From Bugula neritina (lineage: Eukaryota; Animalia; Bryozoa), in NCBI GenBank assembly GCA_964035545.1, contig CAXIUT010000103.1, positions 558,001 through 622,000 of the forward strand: 64,000 nucleotides of DNA, given 5' to 3'. Below, one piece after another: positions 54,040 to 64,000 of this stretch (position 1 is the stretch's first letter; each line of letters opens with the position of its first letter). Under the pieces are notes generated by a model that searched no databases, was not told the origin of the DNA, and saw nothing but the letters and a program-made list of their open reading frames with translations. The position numbers and the translations under genes were made by a program.

Positions 54040-55000
54040 AGATTAATAATTAGTAATACTAATACTAATAGTAATACGAATGCACTAATGGTAATAGTTA
54101 TAATGTCACGATTAGACTTTACATTTGCTCTTACTCTTAGTCTTAGTTATAATGATAATCATATTTATAAACATGAATATCGCTCTCACTCTGACTCACA
54201 CTCTAACTCTAAGTCTAAGTCTATCAGCATCACTATCAGTATCACTACCAATATGAATATAGCTATAACTATAAGTATTACTCAATCAGTTTCACTATGA
54301 CTATGATAAAATCATAAAATGATAAATAATCCACTAATACTTAGTGATAACAGTTACTGATTAGAGTGATCTTAAATTAGTAATCAGTATAGCTGTGAGT
54401 ATAACTCACTGTAGTACTCTTAATCATAATCATAATGGTAGTGGTATGAGTATCACTATCAGTATGGGATCAACTAATACTAATAGTAATACTGTAAAGT
54501 GTAATACTAATACTAATACAGTATTACTAATAGTAATAGTATCAAATCGAAATTAATCAATAGTAAATATAGTTATACTTAAACTTAAAGACTTATACTT
54601 ATAGTAGTAATAGTTATACTTATAGTATTAGAACCTTATACTATGTCTATAGTCTATGACGGCATGACATACCCATAAATGGTGATGTCTAAGTCCTACT
54701 TCAAAGTAGCAGTTAAACTTAAAGTTTGATATTCTACTCTGTATAACCGAGACTGACTATCATACACCTTACATGTCATGCTGAGTATCATTATGATTAT
54801 CACTTGAGGTTTATGAGTATCACTTTCAGTAAGATAATCATACTATGACTATGAGTTATACTTATAGTCACACCCCGATACCCATACTTCTACTTCTAGT
54901 GATCTACTCTTACTCCTAGTTCTACGGGCAAGGCTACTCACTCATACTCATAGTCATAGTAACTGATAGTGGTGTAACCTAAACTAATACTATAACCAAT
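54040..55000. repeat. Degenerate 3/6-bp periodic low-complexity region
   Basis: Arrays such as agtaatactaatactaatagtaat, actctaagtctaagtctatcagcatcactatcagtatcact and agttatacttatagt. Confidence 0.75.
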
Positions 55001-56649
55001 GCCAAAAGACAAGGTAAAGCTAAAATTAAAAATAGAAACCAAAGGGTCATAAATCATATATGTAATGGTGTTTTAGTTTATGATTGTTTATGTTCATTTT
55101 ATGTTTATTCTACCAAGTACCAACTCATCAGTCACTTAGTTTTATAGTGATAATTATACTTACACTTATAGCCTACACCCTATAGCTTATTTAATTTTGA
55201 CTCTACCTTGCCCTTTGGCAGTGATTTAGTTTTAATTAAATTGTTATATTTAATGTTTTTCATGAACTTTATGAAATTTTATTGATAAGATATCATATAG
55301 TAATAGTGATAATTGTATCATAATGATGATATTGATATATAAAACATTATGACCATCAATGTATCACTGTGAATGTAATAATTTTTATATAAGTAAATTA
55401 ATTTACTATTAAATAAAACTTGCGCAAGTTTATAGTTGGCATCCCTGTGAGAAACCCCTGATGGGAAAGGTTTTTTGTTAAATGGGGCTAAGCAATTATT
55501 TGGTTGGAGCATAGGAGTAATTATGACTGGATGCTTTTCCTAACAAATGACAGTAATGAAAAATTGAATATGATTGTTATCTAATCATTATGTAAGGTTA
55601 ACCTTTATGTTAGGAATCTCAATAGCACGAGCATACAATTCAATCATCGCCATGTTGGCTGTGATTTTCTTAATCATACTTATTAAGCTTGCAGTTTTTG
55701 ATATTTGATAGATATAGTATTCATAATAATAGTCACTTAAATTTGATGGTAATATTGATCAATAAATTTTAAGTACACTGACTAAATCTAATGATTAGTG
55801 GTAATGAAACTAACGACACTCAAACTGATTTGCCTCAAGACTGAACTATGTTTTCTAAGTGATGACAGACTAAGATTAAGTTTAATAATAGGGCAGTAGT
55901 ACATGTAACTAAAAGTATAAGCTAAAGTATACAACCATAAGTGAGTAACCATGATGTTATCTCGACCAACGCAATCTCAATACCAATACCTGATTTATTG
56001 AAAATGTTACTATATATTTGAGTATGAGTATGTAACTGTATTAATATGATAAAACTTATACAGTTATGCACATAGTGCTAGTGAAAGTATCTCAAACCGT
56101 TGCAAAATCCAACTTTATTCAAAACTTTGCTACAAATACTTGAGTTTTTATTTTAAGGTTGATCATAAAAAGTTAAAATTATTGTGAATAAATTAATTTT
56201 AACTGTTCATTTTACTTCAACATTATCTTTTAATTTAATAAAGTTTTAATGAATATTAATTTATTTATTTTTCAACAAGTCACTGTTTTAATTAATATAG
56301 GTATAAGTTTAGGTATCTAATAACTTTAACCATCATTATATTCATCATTTTTAATTTGTATGCCAATTGCTAAATTATAATACCTATACTGATATCACCA
56401 CTGTTGAATTATTTTTCTTATTCACCTATGTTTGTAATACGGTTATTGCTTGTTAGTTAGTAGCATATATAACAACTATAGTAATAGCTATAACTACAAG
56501 CATATTTAATATGCTAAGGTATATTGAGAGATTGTCATAAATATCTCAGTGATCATATACATGACACCCTTAGCATTCATGTCTTGAACATCTAGCCATA
56601 GCTCCCTTTATATTGTTTCCAGTGTTGAATGCCCATCCTGCAAGAATGC

Positions 56650-57085
56650 TTTGCCTCCATTTGAGAGGTGGTAAATTGATTGGATTTTATGTAAAATTCC
56701 TTAAGCTCTTGTTTCAGGACATCCTCAAACCTTAGATATAAGTTCTTCTAGCTGGATGAGTTCCTTTTGATATTAATGCATGCAATCGAGTGCGGCGGAT
56801 GAGATACTTTGGCATGTTGACCAGCCCAGTGAAGACAGAAGAAATTCAGTTTTGAAGAAAGAGAATCCGAGTCTGTGATTTCAAATACATCTTCATTTAT
56901 CATTTTATCTTCCCAGATTTTACTCAACATGCATCTTAAACTCCAGGTATGAAAAGTGCTGAGCTTTGATTCTTGCAGTCCACATGTTGCCCATGTTTTT
57001 GATCCACAAGGAAGAATGCTGAGAACACCAACTGCGTAGACTTTTCTTTTGGCGTGAATATTAGGGTGGTTGTTTGTCCATATTT
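56650..57085 (-). mobile_element. Degenerate RTE-clade LINE fragment (region C-terminal to the RT core), inside a transposase intron
   Basis: WTNNHPNIHAKRKVYAVGVLSILPCGSKTWATCGLQESKLSTFHTWSLRCMLSKIWEDKMINEDVFEIT...LHWAGQ...LRFEDVLKQELK matches the RTE pattern KxxVYxxxVLSxLLYGSETW..FHxxCLRxILxIxWxDKVxNxEV..LRWAGH..RFKDxLKxDLK. Confidence 0.85.
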
Positions 57086-57840
57086 GCTAGTTCACAAAGT
57101 GGAATTATTTTGGTATTTGTCATATCCTGCAGAGCCCATTTAAATGTTTGAGCAGAAAAAGTAAAAATAAATATTTTGCAGTGTGTTTACTGTTTTGATG
57201 ATGGTTTTAGGGAAACATCTAGATTTACCATTCATGTACTTGTGACAGGCCTGTGTTTCAGCGATTATAGGAGAGTATAATTTTTCTTTAATAGAAATTG
57301 AGTCATGCAAGGGAAGCTGGTTTCCTTACTTTATTAAGCAAAATTTGCTATCACAACAACAGAAGTGTTGCTAGCCTTGATTTGGAAACATTTTATATTT
57401 ATAACTCTGAAGCCTATTTTGAGACATTTGGCTGCATGTTGGATAGATTGCATAGCATCTTTACTTGCGCTAATACTTAGAAGCATTTACTTGGTTTTCC
57501 TATAGTTTTATTTTGAATGTTTTTATGATATATTGCAGAACTGTGGGTTCATTCTACTTGTAAGTATATTCCATAGGTCTAACTCAAACCCTGTGAATTT
57601 TCAAGTTAATATGGCAAGCTATGATGAAAGAAATGCTAAACTAGACAGGTAATAGAAAAGAAAGTCCGATAACTTTTTTAATTGTAATTTAAATTACTTA
57701 GCTTGCATTACTCAACAGTATGGTAGCAGTGGTAGAACCAGCAGCAGCAGCAGCAGGAGTAGATTATAGTATAGTAGTATTGATAAAATGATTGATAGAT
57801 TAGAACTGTAATTTTGAATATTAAAAATATGACAATGCCA

Positions 57841-57930
57841 CTGTGCGCCATAAATTTCTTGTTGGCCATTAAAATCAGCCATTAAATCAGTTTTCTTTTG
57901 GCTAGAACAAGCACTGCTGCCTGGACATAG
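57841..57930 (-). pseudogene. KDZ transposase pseudo-exon around the CPAC...DGNxKL motif (first catalytic Asp region)
   Basis: Reads CPGSSACSSQKKTDLMADFNG, then frameshifted NKK(L)WR, consistent with a decayed CPAC-x-DGNxKLxR motif. Confidence 0.5.
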
Positions 57931-58569
57931 TAATATATTATATGTATGGACTGTATGTTAATTATATGTAGAGGAATTATTTTTGCTAGCTTTAATAAAA
58001 AACCCTGCTCGTTTCTCATATTATTGTATTGTCAGTTTCAGCAATTTCAGGCCAGATAAATTTAAATTATACCTTGCAAATTTTAGGCCTGTTCCAGTCT
58101 ACCTGTCAACACATTTGTTTGATCTAATCTAATTATGATGGCCTTCCAAGCAATGTAGTTAGCAAAAGTGAGAGAACTAATATTGCTTTTTCAGCCTATA
58201 TTATGTTTGAAACCAGTAAAATAATAGAAATCATGAAACTAGTAATAGGCAATCCTATAATGCTGTTTAATAAACTTATTTGCGCTGTTACTTTAGTGAT
58301 TTCGACGCTGTTTTATAAATTATTAGCAATCTTTTAAAAATGAATAAATATACATTTTCTTTTAGTATGTCACCAATTGGAATATTTTGACCTGTATACC
58401 TATCTAGTGGAGGTGTTAATTTGTAAACATATTGGTTTTACCAAGATCAGTGATTAAAGCAGTTGCTGAAAGCCAAAATAAAATGCTAACTAAAGTTCAT
58501 ATCTAGTGGGCTACAATTTGCCAACTTCTATAAAGCATATAATAGCTAGTAATTGTTTCTATGCTGTAC

Positions 58570-58807
58570 CACTTGACGGTCTGTTCTCTTTTACCTTACT
58601 CTATATTATGCTGTATAAATTCTAGCACACCTATCTGGTTTTTAATCATTTCTTGCACCATATGCCAATAATTTTTACGTAGATGCATACAATCGGACAG
58701 CTGGATAGCCTGGCTATTGTGGAGAAGCATCATAACCACCTGCTTGGTGTTGGAGCTGAGTGCATATCAAGGTGGGTAGCACAACTTCTTAGTTCATAAG
58801 TAGCAGC
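58570..58807 (-). pseudogene. KDZ transposase pseudo-exon, N-terminal cysteine-cluster (CxC3-like) region
   Basis: Manual translation gives VVLPTLICTQ...Q*PGYPAVRLY and, in another frame, WHMVQEMIKNQIGVLEFIQHNIE*GKRE. This resembles the LPxxxC..GYWP..W/F..G.S..F segment of animal KDZ proteins. Confidence 0.5.
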
Positions 58808-58944
58808 CTAGTTTTTTAAAAGGTTTGACTATATTAAAATATAAACATTTTGTTATTGCACTAATACAATGATAAAAATATGAGCAAACAGTTTCCAATA
58901 TAACTTGCTGCTGGTAAGATTTACAGTATTTGTAGTAGAAACAA

Positions 58945-59152
58945 TATTAGTAGTGGTAAAAGTAGTAGTAGCAGTAGTAGTAGTAGCAGTAGTAGTAGTA
59001 GCAGCAGTAGTAGCAGTAGTAGAAGTAGTAGCAGCAGCAGCAGTAGTAGAAGTAGTAGTAGCAGTAGCACTAGTAGTAGTAGTAGTAGCAGTAGTATAGT
59101 AGTATAGTAGTAGAAGTAATAATAATAAAATAATAGAATTATTAGTAGTAGT
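58945..59152. repeat. (TAG/CAG)n trinucleotide microsatellite
   Basis: Runs such as agtagtagtagcagtagtag. They explain the poly-T/V/L ORFs in the track. Shorter related tracts lie near 53503-53570 and 57717-57780. Confidence 0.95.
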
Positions 59153-60063
59153 GGTGAAGTTGTTTTTGGTTCTGACGTTAGTACTGTTAGCGGTAGAGAT
59201 GGTGTTGGTAGAAATAGGATTAGTGGTTGTGCACTCATAGTTGAAGGCATAAAGCATAAACCAGAATTGAATACATATATAACATAGATATGATATGAGT
59301 TCTTATTTATATTGATTTACTATCTTGCATGAACATGGCATTTTCGCTATCAACATTAGTGTTTGTATTATACACTTTCACTAAACAAGCTTGTTAAATT
59401 TATAAAAAATTATGTAGGTGATGACTGTTGCATATCTGTGTTTAATTTTAAAAATATCATGTTGCATAATTATTTTTTAGGTGTCTGGTGAGCGGACGAC
59501 TTCATTTTCGGCTGCTTCATGGCACCTTTATTTTCGGAAAAGATGTAACCACTTGTAAAATCAGTTTTTTTATGGTGAACTTAACAATATAATGTTTAAC
59601 AAAATTCTTTCTTGGTTAAAAATAAAGGTATACCGTCTTTGGCTTTCTGTTATTTCTATATTGTGTTCTTCTGTTGCTATGTGTAATTGATGAGATGACT
59701 CCAAACTCTTGCACATCCGCCACAATAAAGTAGATAATTTTGCTATGGGCATCAAGATTTTGTTATAAGTAGATATAGTTTTGCAATGATAGTGTTGATG
59801 CTGCAGCAGGTAACATTCTAGTAGGATAAACCAAACAGAATTTAAGCTAAAACATTCTAAAAAAATACAGCATCGCTTGAGCCACCTTGCCTTCTCTCTT
59901 TTCTAGGCAAAAGTTGTTAGCTAAATAAGGAAAAGACAAATTAATGATTTCTGTGAGAGTTGTCTACTACAAAAATTACTTAGCAGATCATCATTAGTAA
60001 CCATAACAACACGTACATGTTTACAGCACTCATGTGCTCTCTTTGTTCTGATTCGTCAACAGT

Positions 60064-60180
60064 AGCGCCCTAGACAGTCGATGTTATCGCACGAAAATAT
60101 ATTGTTTATTGCGGCTAATATCGCGAAATGGCAAAATGAGGATCGACCCTGACAGTCGTAAAAGCCGTGTGAATCACTGT
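60064..60180 (-). repeat. Right terminus: degenerate TIR with two copies of a CGMCC-N5-AGTCG motif, CpG-rich
   Basis: atcgacc-ctgac-agtcgta (60142-60160) and agcgccc-tagac-agtcgat (60064-60082). There are 11 CpGs in 60051-60180 against a CpG-poor background. Confidence 0.7.
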
Positions 60181-60186
60181 GCAGTT
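60180..60186 (+). repeat. Right target-site duplication copy, (T)GCAGTT
   Basis: gaatcactgTGCAGTTattatgg, matching the left copy exactly over 7 bp. Confidence 0.9.
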
Positions 60187-63100
60187 ATTATGGAAATACC
60201 AGTGATGCTGGAAGACCTTTGCATTGTACACCCGCTTTTACTATTGAATTTAGATGTTTTATTTTCCCATCCCCTCTCCTGCCCCCCTGTCCCCTCTAAC
60301 AACCAGCAATCCTGACTCATGTGAATTGTGTTATTGTTCTAGAGTTGGCCCATGGGCCTACAGTATACGATTTGAATCTTTATAGTTTACAGGCAGTGGA
60401 GATGAGTCACTGCTAAAACCCATTTTGTTAGTAGACTATATTGCTCTTCAATCATCAGTTTTCATATTAAAAGAGAAAGCTCATCTGCAGCGCCATTTCA
60501 CAGTGTTTTATTTTGCTAGAGCAATAACTAATTTTAGATGCCTTTGCAAACATATGAGAAATAAATGAGTGATTCTATGAAAAGAGGTGTTTGCAGCAAT
60601 TGTCCACTTTTGATTTTTAAGCGGCATGGAAACTTTTGTAGTTTTAAATAATATCTCCAAACTCATCACTTGCATGTGTTTATAGACTTGATAAATTTTT
60701 TTATGCAAAACTTGATGCCTGCTTCAAAGACACCAGTGCTTAATTACTGTGTTAACTGTATTGGCACGTTGCCATGAGATATTTGGTAATATTTCGCATC
60801 ACAACAAACTCTTCAGAAAGTTAAGAAAATCAGTCTAGAAAGTTAATGAAATAAACCTACCAGAAAGAGTAAGCCAGATGTAACAAGTAGATCCAAAACA
60901 AGTTGATTAACAATTGAAGTTGAAATCTCCATGTAGTCAACACTTTAGTCCTAATGTCAAATGCAAACGTCTGCAATCAAACTGTGTAGACTTCATGAGC
61001 TGGTTAGCTGAAAGGACTCATTAAAGTTCTTAACTCTTGTGTGTATAGTGATGCCCATCTTGAACTAGAGAGGGCTGACTGAAGACTGCTACTTTGTGAA
61101 AATTGACAATGCATATTATTATTATTCATTGTTGAGATTCACGACTGCCATAAACAATGATAAAATATTCATTGTTGGTAGTACTGAGTAGAATAAAATA
61201 TAATATAATATTATTTTCTGGACAAATAAATAATATCAAATGCATATTATAACTTACCATAAATCTACAGTGCTTCACATCTTCACCTTTTTCTGCAATG
61301 TTGATTCTTTGCAGTTAGAAGTACTAGTTGAAAATATGACTATGAAACATAACCCTTCAATTTCATTGCACCAGCACCAGTTGCAAGATAGGTGTGTTGG
61401 GAGTTATCTTTCCCAAAATTTTGTTCTTTGTGTTTATACGAAGCAGACACAGGCTAATATTAGTTTTGTTATTTGCAAGAGTTTTTCTGTCTGATTGTCC
61501 ATCAGCAAAAGTTTGGCCTTGCAGTTATTATGGAAATACCAGTGATGCTGGAAGACCTTTGCATTGTACACCCGCTTTTACTATTGAATTTAGATGTTTT
61601 ATTTTCCCATCCCCTCTCCTGCCCCCCTGTCCCCTCTAACAACCAGCAATCCTGACTCATGTGAATTGTGTTATTGTTCTAGAGTTGGCCCATGGGCCTA
61701 CAGTATACGATTTGAAGCTTTATAGTTTACAGGCAGTGGAGATGAGTCACTGCTAAAACCCATTTTGTTAGTAGACTATATTGCTCTTCAATCATCAGTT
61801 TTCATATTAAAAGAGAAAGCTCATCTGCAGCGCCATTTCACAGTGTTTTATTTTGCTAGAGCAATAACTAATTTTAGATGCCTTTGCAAACATATGAGAA
61901 ATAAATGAGTGATTCTATGAAAAGAGGTGTTTGCAGCAATTGTCCACTTTTGATTTACAAGCGGCATGGAAACTTTTGTAGTTTTAAATAATATCTCCAA
62001 ACTCATCACTTGCATGTGTTTATAGACTTGATAAATTTTTTTATGCAAAACTTGATGCCTGCTTCAAAGACACCAGTGCTTAATTACTGTGTTAACTGTA
62101 TTGGCACGTTGCCATGAGATATTTGGTAATATTTCGCATCACAACAAACTCTTCAGAAAGTTAAGAAAATCAGTCTAGAAAGTTAATGAAATAAACCTAC
62201 CAGAAAGAGTAAGCCAGATGTAACAAGTAGATCCAAAACAAGTTGATTAACAATTGAAGTTGAAATCTCCATGTAGTCAACACTTTAGTCCTAATGTCAA
62301 ATGCAAACGTCTGCAATCAAACTGTGTAGACTTCATGAGCTGGTTAGCTGAAAGGACTCATTAAAGTTCTTAACTCTTGTGTGTATAGTGATGCCCATCT
62401 TGAACTAGAGAGGGCTGACTGAAGACTGCTACTTTGTGAAAATTGACAATGCATATTATTATTATTCATTGTTTAGATTCACGACTGCCATAAACAATGA
62501 TAAAATATTCATTGTTGGTACTACTGAGTAGAATAAAATATAATATAATATTATTTTCTGGACAAATAAATAATATCAAATGCATATTATAACTTACCAT
62601 AAATCTACAGTGCTTCACATCTTCACTTTTTTCTGCAATGTTATTTCTTTGCAGTTAGAAGTACTAGTTGAAAATATGACTATGAAACATAACCCTTCAA
62701 TTTCATTGCACCAGCACCAGTTGCAAGATAGGTGTGTTGGGAGTTATCTTTCCCAAAATTTTGTTCTTTGTGTTTATACGAAGCAGACACAGGCTAATAT
62801 TAGTTTTGTTATTTGCAAGAGTTTTTCTGTCTGATTGTCCATCAGCAAAAGTTTGGCCTTGCAGTTATTATGGAAATACCAGTGATGCTGGAAGACCTTT
62901 GCATTGTACACCCGCTTTTACTATTGAATTTAGATGTTTTATTTTCCCATCCCCTCTCCTGCCCCCCTGTCCCCTCTAACAACCAGCAATCCTGACTCAT
63001 GTGAATTGTGTTATTGTTCTAGAGTTGGCCCATGGGCCTACAGTATACGATTTGAAGCTTTATAGTTTACAGGCAGTGGAGATGAGTCACTGCTAAAACC

Positions 63101-64000
63101 CATTTTGTTAGTAGACTATATTGCTCTTCAATCATCAGTTTTCATATTAAAAGAGAAAGCTCATCTGCAGCGCCATTTCACAGTGTTTTATTTTGCTAGA
63201 GCAATAACTAATTTTAGATGCCTTTGCAAACATATGAGAAATAAATGAGTGATTCTATGAAAAGAGGTGTTTGCAGCAACTGTCCACTTTTGATTTTTAA
63301 GCGGCATGGAAACTTTTGTAGTTTTAAATAATATCTCCAAACTCATCACTTGCATGTGTTTATAGACTTGATAAATTTTTTTATGCAAAACTTGATGCCT
63401 GCTTCAAAGACACCAGTGCTTAATTACTGTGTTAACTGTATTGGCACGTTGCCATGAGATATTTGGTAATATTTCGCATCACAACAAACTCTTCAGAAAG
63501 TTAAGAAAATCAGTCTAGAAAGTTAATGAAATAAACCTACCAGAAAGAGTAAGCCAGATGTAACAAGTAGATCCAAAACAAGTTGATTAACAATTGAAGT
63601 TGAAATCTCCATGTAGTCAACACTTTAGTCCTAATGTCAAATGCAAACGTCTGCAATCAAACTGTGTAGACTTCATGAGCTGGTTAGCTGAAAGGACTCA
63701 TTAAAGTTCTTAACTCTTGTGTGTATAGTGATGCCCATCTTGAACTAGAGAGGGCTGACTGAAGACTGCTACTTTGTGAAAATTGACAATGCATATTATT
63801 ATTATTCATTGTTTAGATTCACGACTGCCATAAACAATGATAAAATATTCATTGTTGGTACTACTGAGTAGAATAAAATATAATATAATATTATTTTCTG
63901 GACAAATAAATAATATCAAATGCATATTATAACTTACCATAAATCTACAGTGCTTCACATCTTCACTTTTTTCTGCAATGTTATTTCTTTGCAGTTAGAA
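60181..64000. repeat. Same macrosatellite, right arm (about 2.9 monomers, continues beyond window end)
   Basis: Resumes at gcagttattatggaaatacc in the same orientation and phase where the left arm stopped. Marker ORF at 61240 and 62580 (period 1340). Confidence 0.99.

Larger units (their letters stand above)
49616..58807 (-). pseudogene. Multi-exon KDZ transposase pseudogene (overall span of recognisable exons)
   Basis: Family motifs occur in the expected order on the minus strand: LPTLIC..(W>*)PG; CPxxACS..NG/NKK; CGGIEWKAAK..KALDMERG/EICAYPYIMQ; VVGKYPY..PQLQHL; SGRVWQGIGLSTEETTEQKNIYISRCGLITQHM. Most segments are bounded by AG/GT. There are many stops, frameshifts and deletions. Confidence 0.8.
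43153..60180 (-). mobile_element. 17.0-kb non-autonomous KDZ (Kyakuja/Dileera/Zisupton-type) DNA transposon inserted in a satellite monomer
   Basis: Unique sequence precisely interrupts a monomer. GCAGTT is duplicated at 43147-43152 and 60181-60186. The ends are GCAGT...ACTGT and match at 19 of 36 positions as an inverted repeat from the CAGT. Internal minus-strand exons carry KDZ transposase motifs. Confidence 0.85.

Noticed and set aside
54031-54300. 89-aa Ser/Ile/Asn-rich ORF
   Set aside because: It is a product of 6-bp periodic low-complexity DNA.
58853-59257. Thr-, Val- or Leu-rich ORFs (134, 64 and 109 aa)
   Set aside because: These are translations of a TAG/CAG microsatellite.
43153-60180. 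Insertion as a hAT, LTR, Helitron or LINE element, or a simple gap between two arrays
   Set aside because: There are no LTRs, no poly-A tail and no TC...CTRR ends, and a TSD is present. The internal motifs are KDZ-like rather than hAT-like, the LINE pieces are small internal relics, and the satellite resumes in exact phase.
1-64000. CRISPR array or prokaryotic defence system
   Set aside because: The repeat unit is 1.34 kb with no unique spacers and there are no cas-like ORFs. Spliceosomal introns, LINEs and microsatellites indicate a eukaryote.

Overview
AT-rich eukaryotic (probably invertebrate) genomic DNA with no intact protein-coding gene. About 47 kb is a highly homogeneous head-to-tail macrosatellite with a 1340-1345 bp monomer (about 32 copies at 1-43152 and about 2.9 copies at 60181-64000), showing local higher-order blocks. 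One monomer is cleanly interrupted by a 17.0 kb insertion (43153-60180). The insertion is flanked by a target-site duplication (GCAGTT exact; TGCAGTT if the terminal T is assigned to the target), has CAGT...ACTG ends and carries matching subterminal palindromes. Its minus strand holds spliced but frameshifted and deleted exons that I recognise by eye as a KDZ (Kyakuja/Dileera/Zisupton) transposase. There may also be a convergent plus-strand PHD/Ulp1-like gene relic. Nested inside are two RTE-like LINE fragments, two MITE families, a tRNA-like SINE head and microsatellites. The best interpretation is a large, old, non-autonomous KDZ transposon that was mobilised recently in trans into a satellite array. 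All protein-family calls come from manual translation and remembered family motifs; no database search was run.
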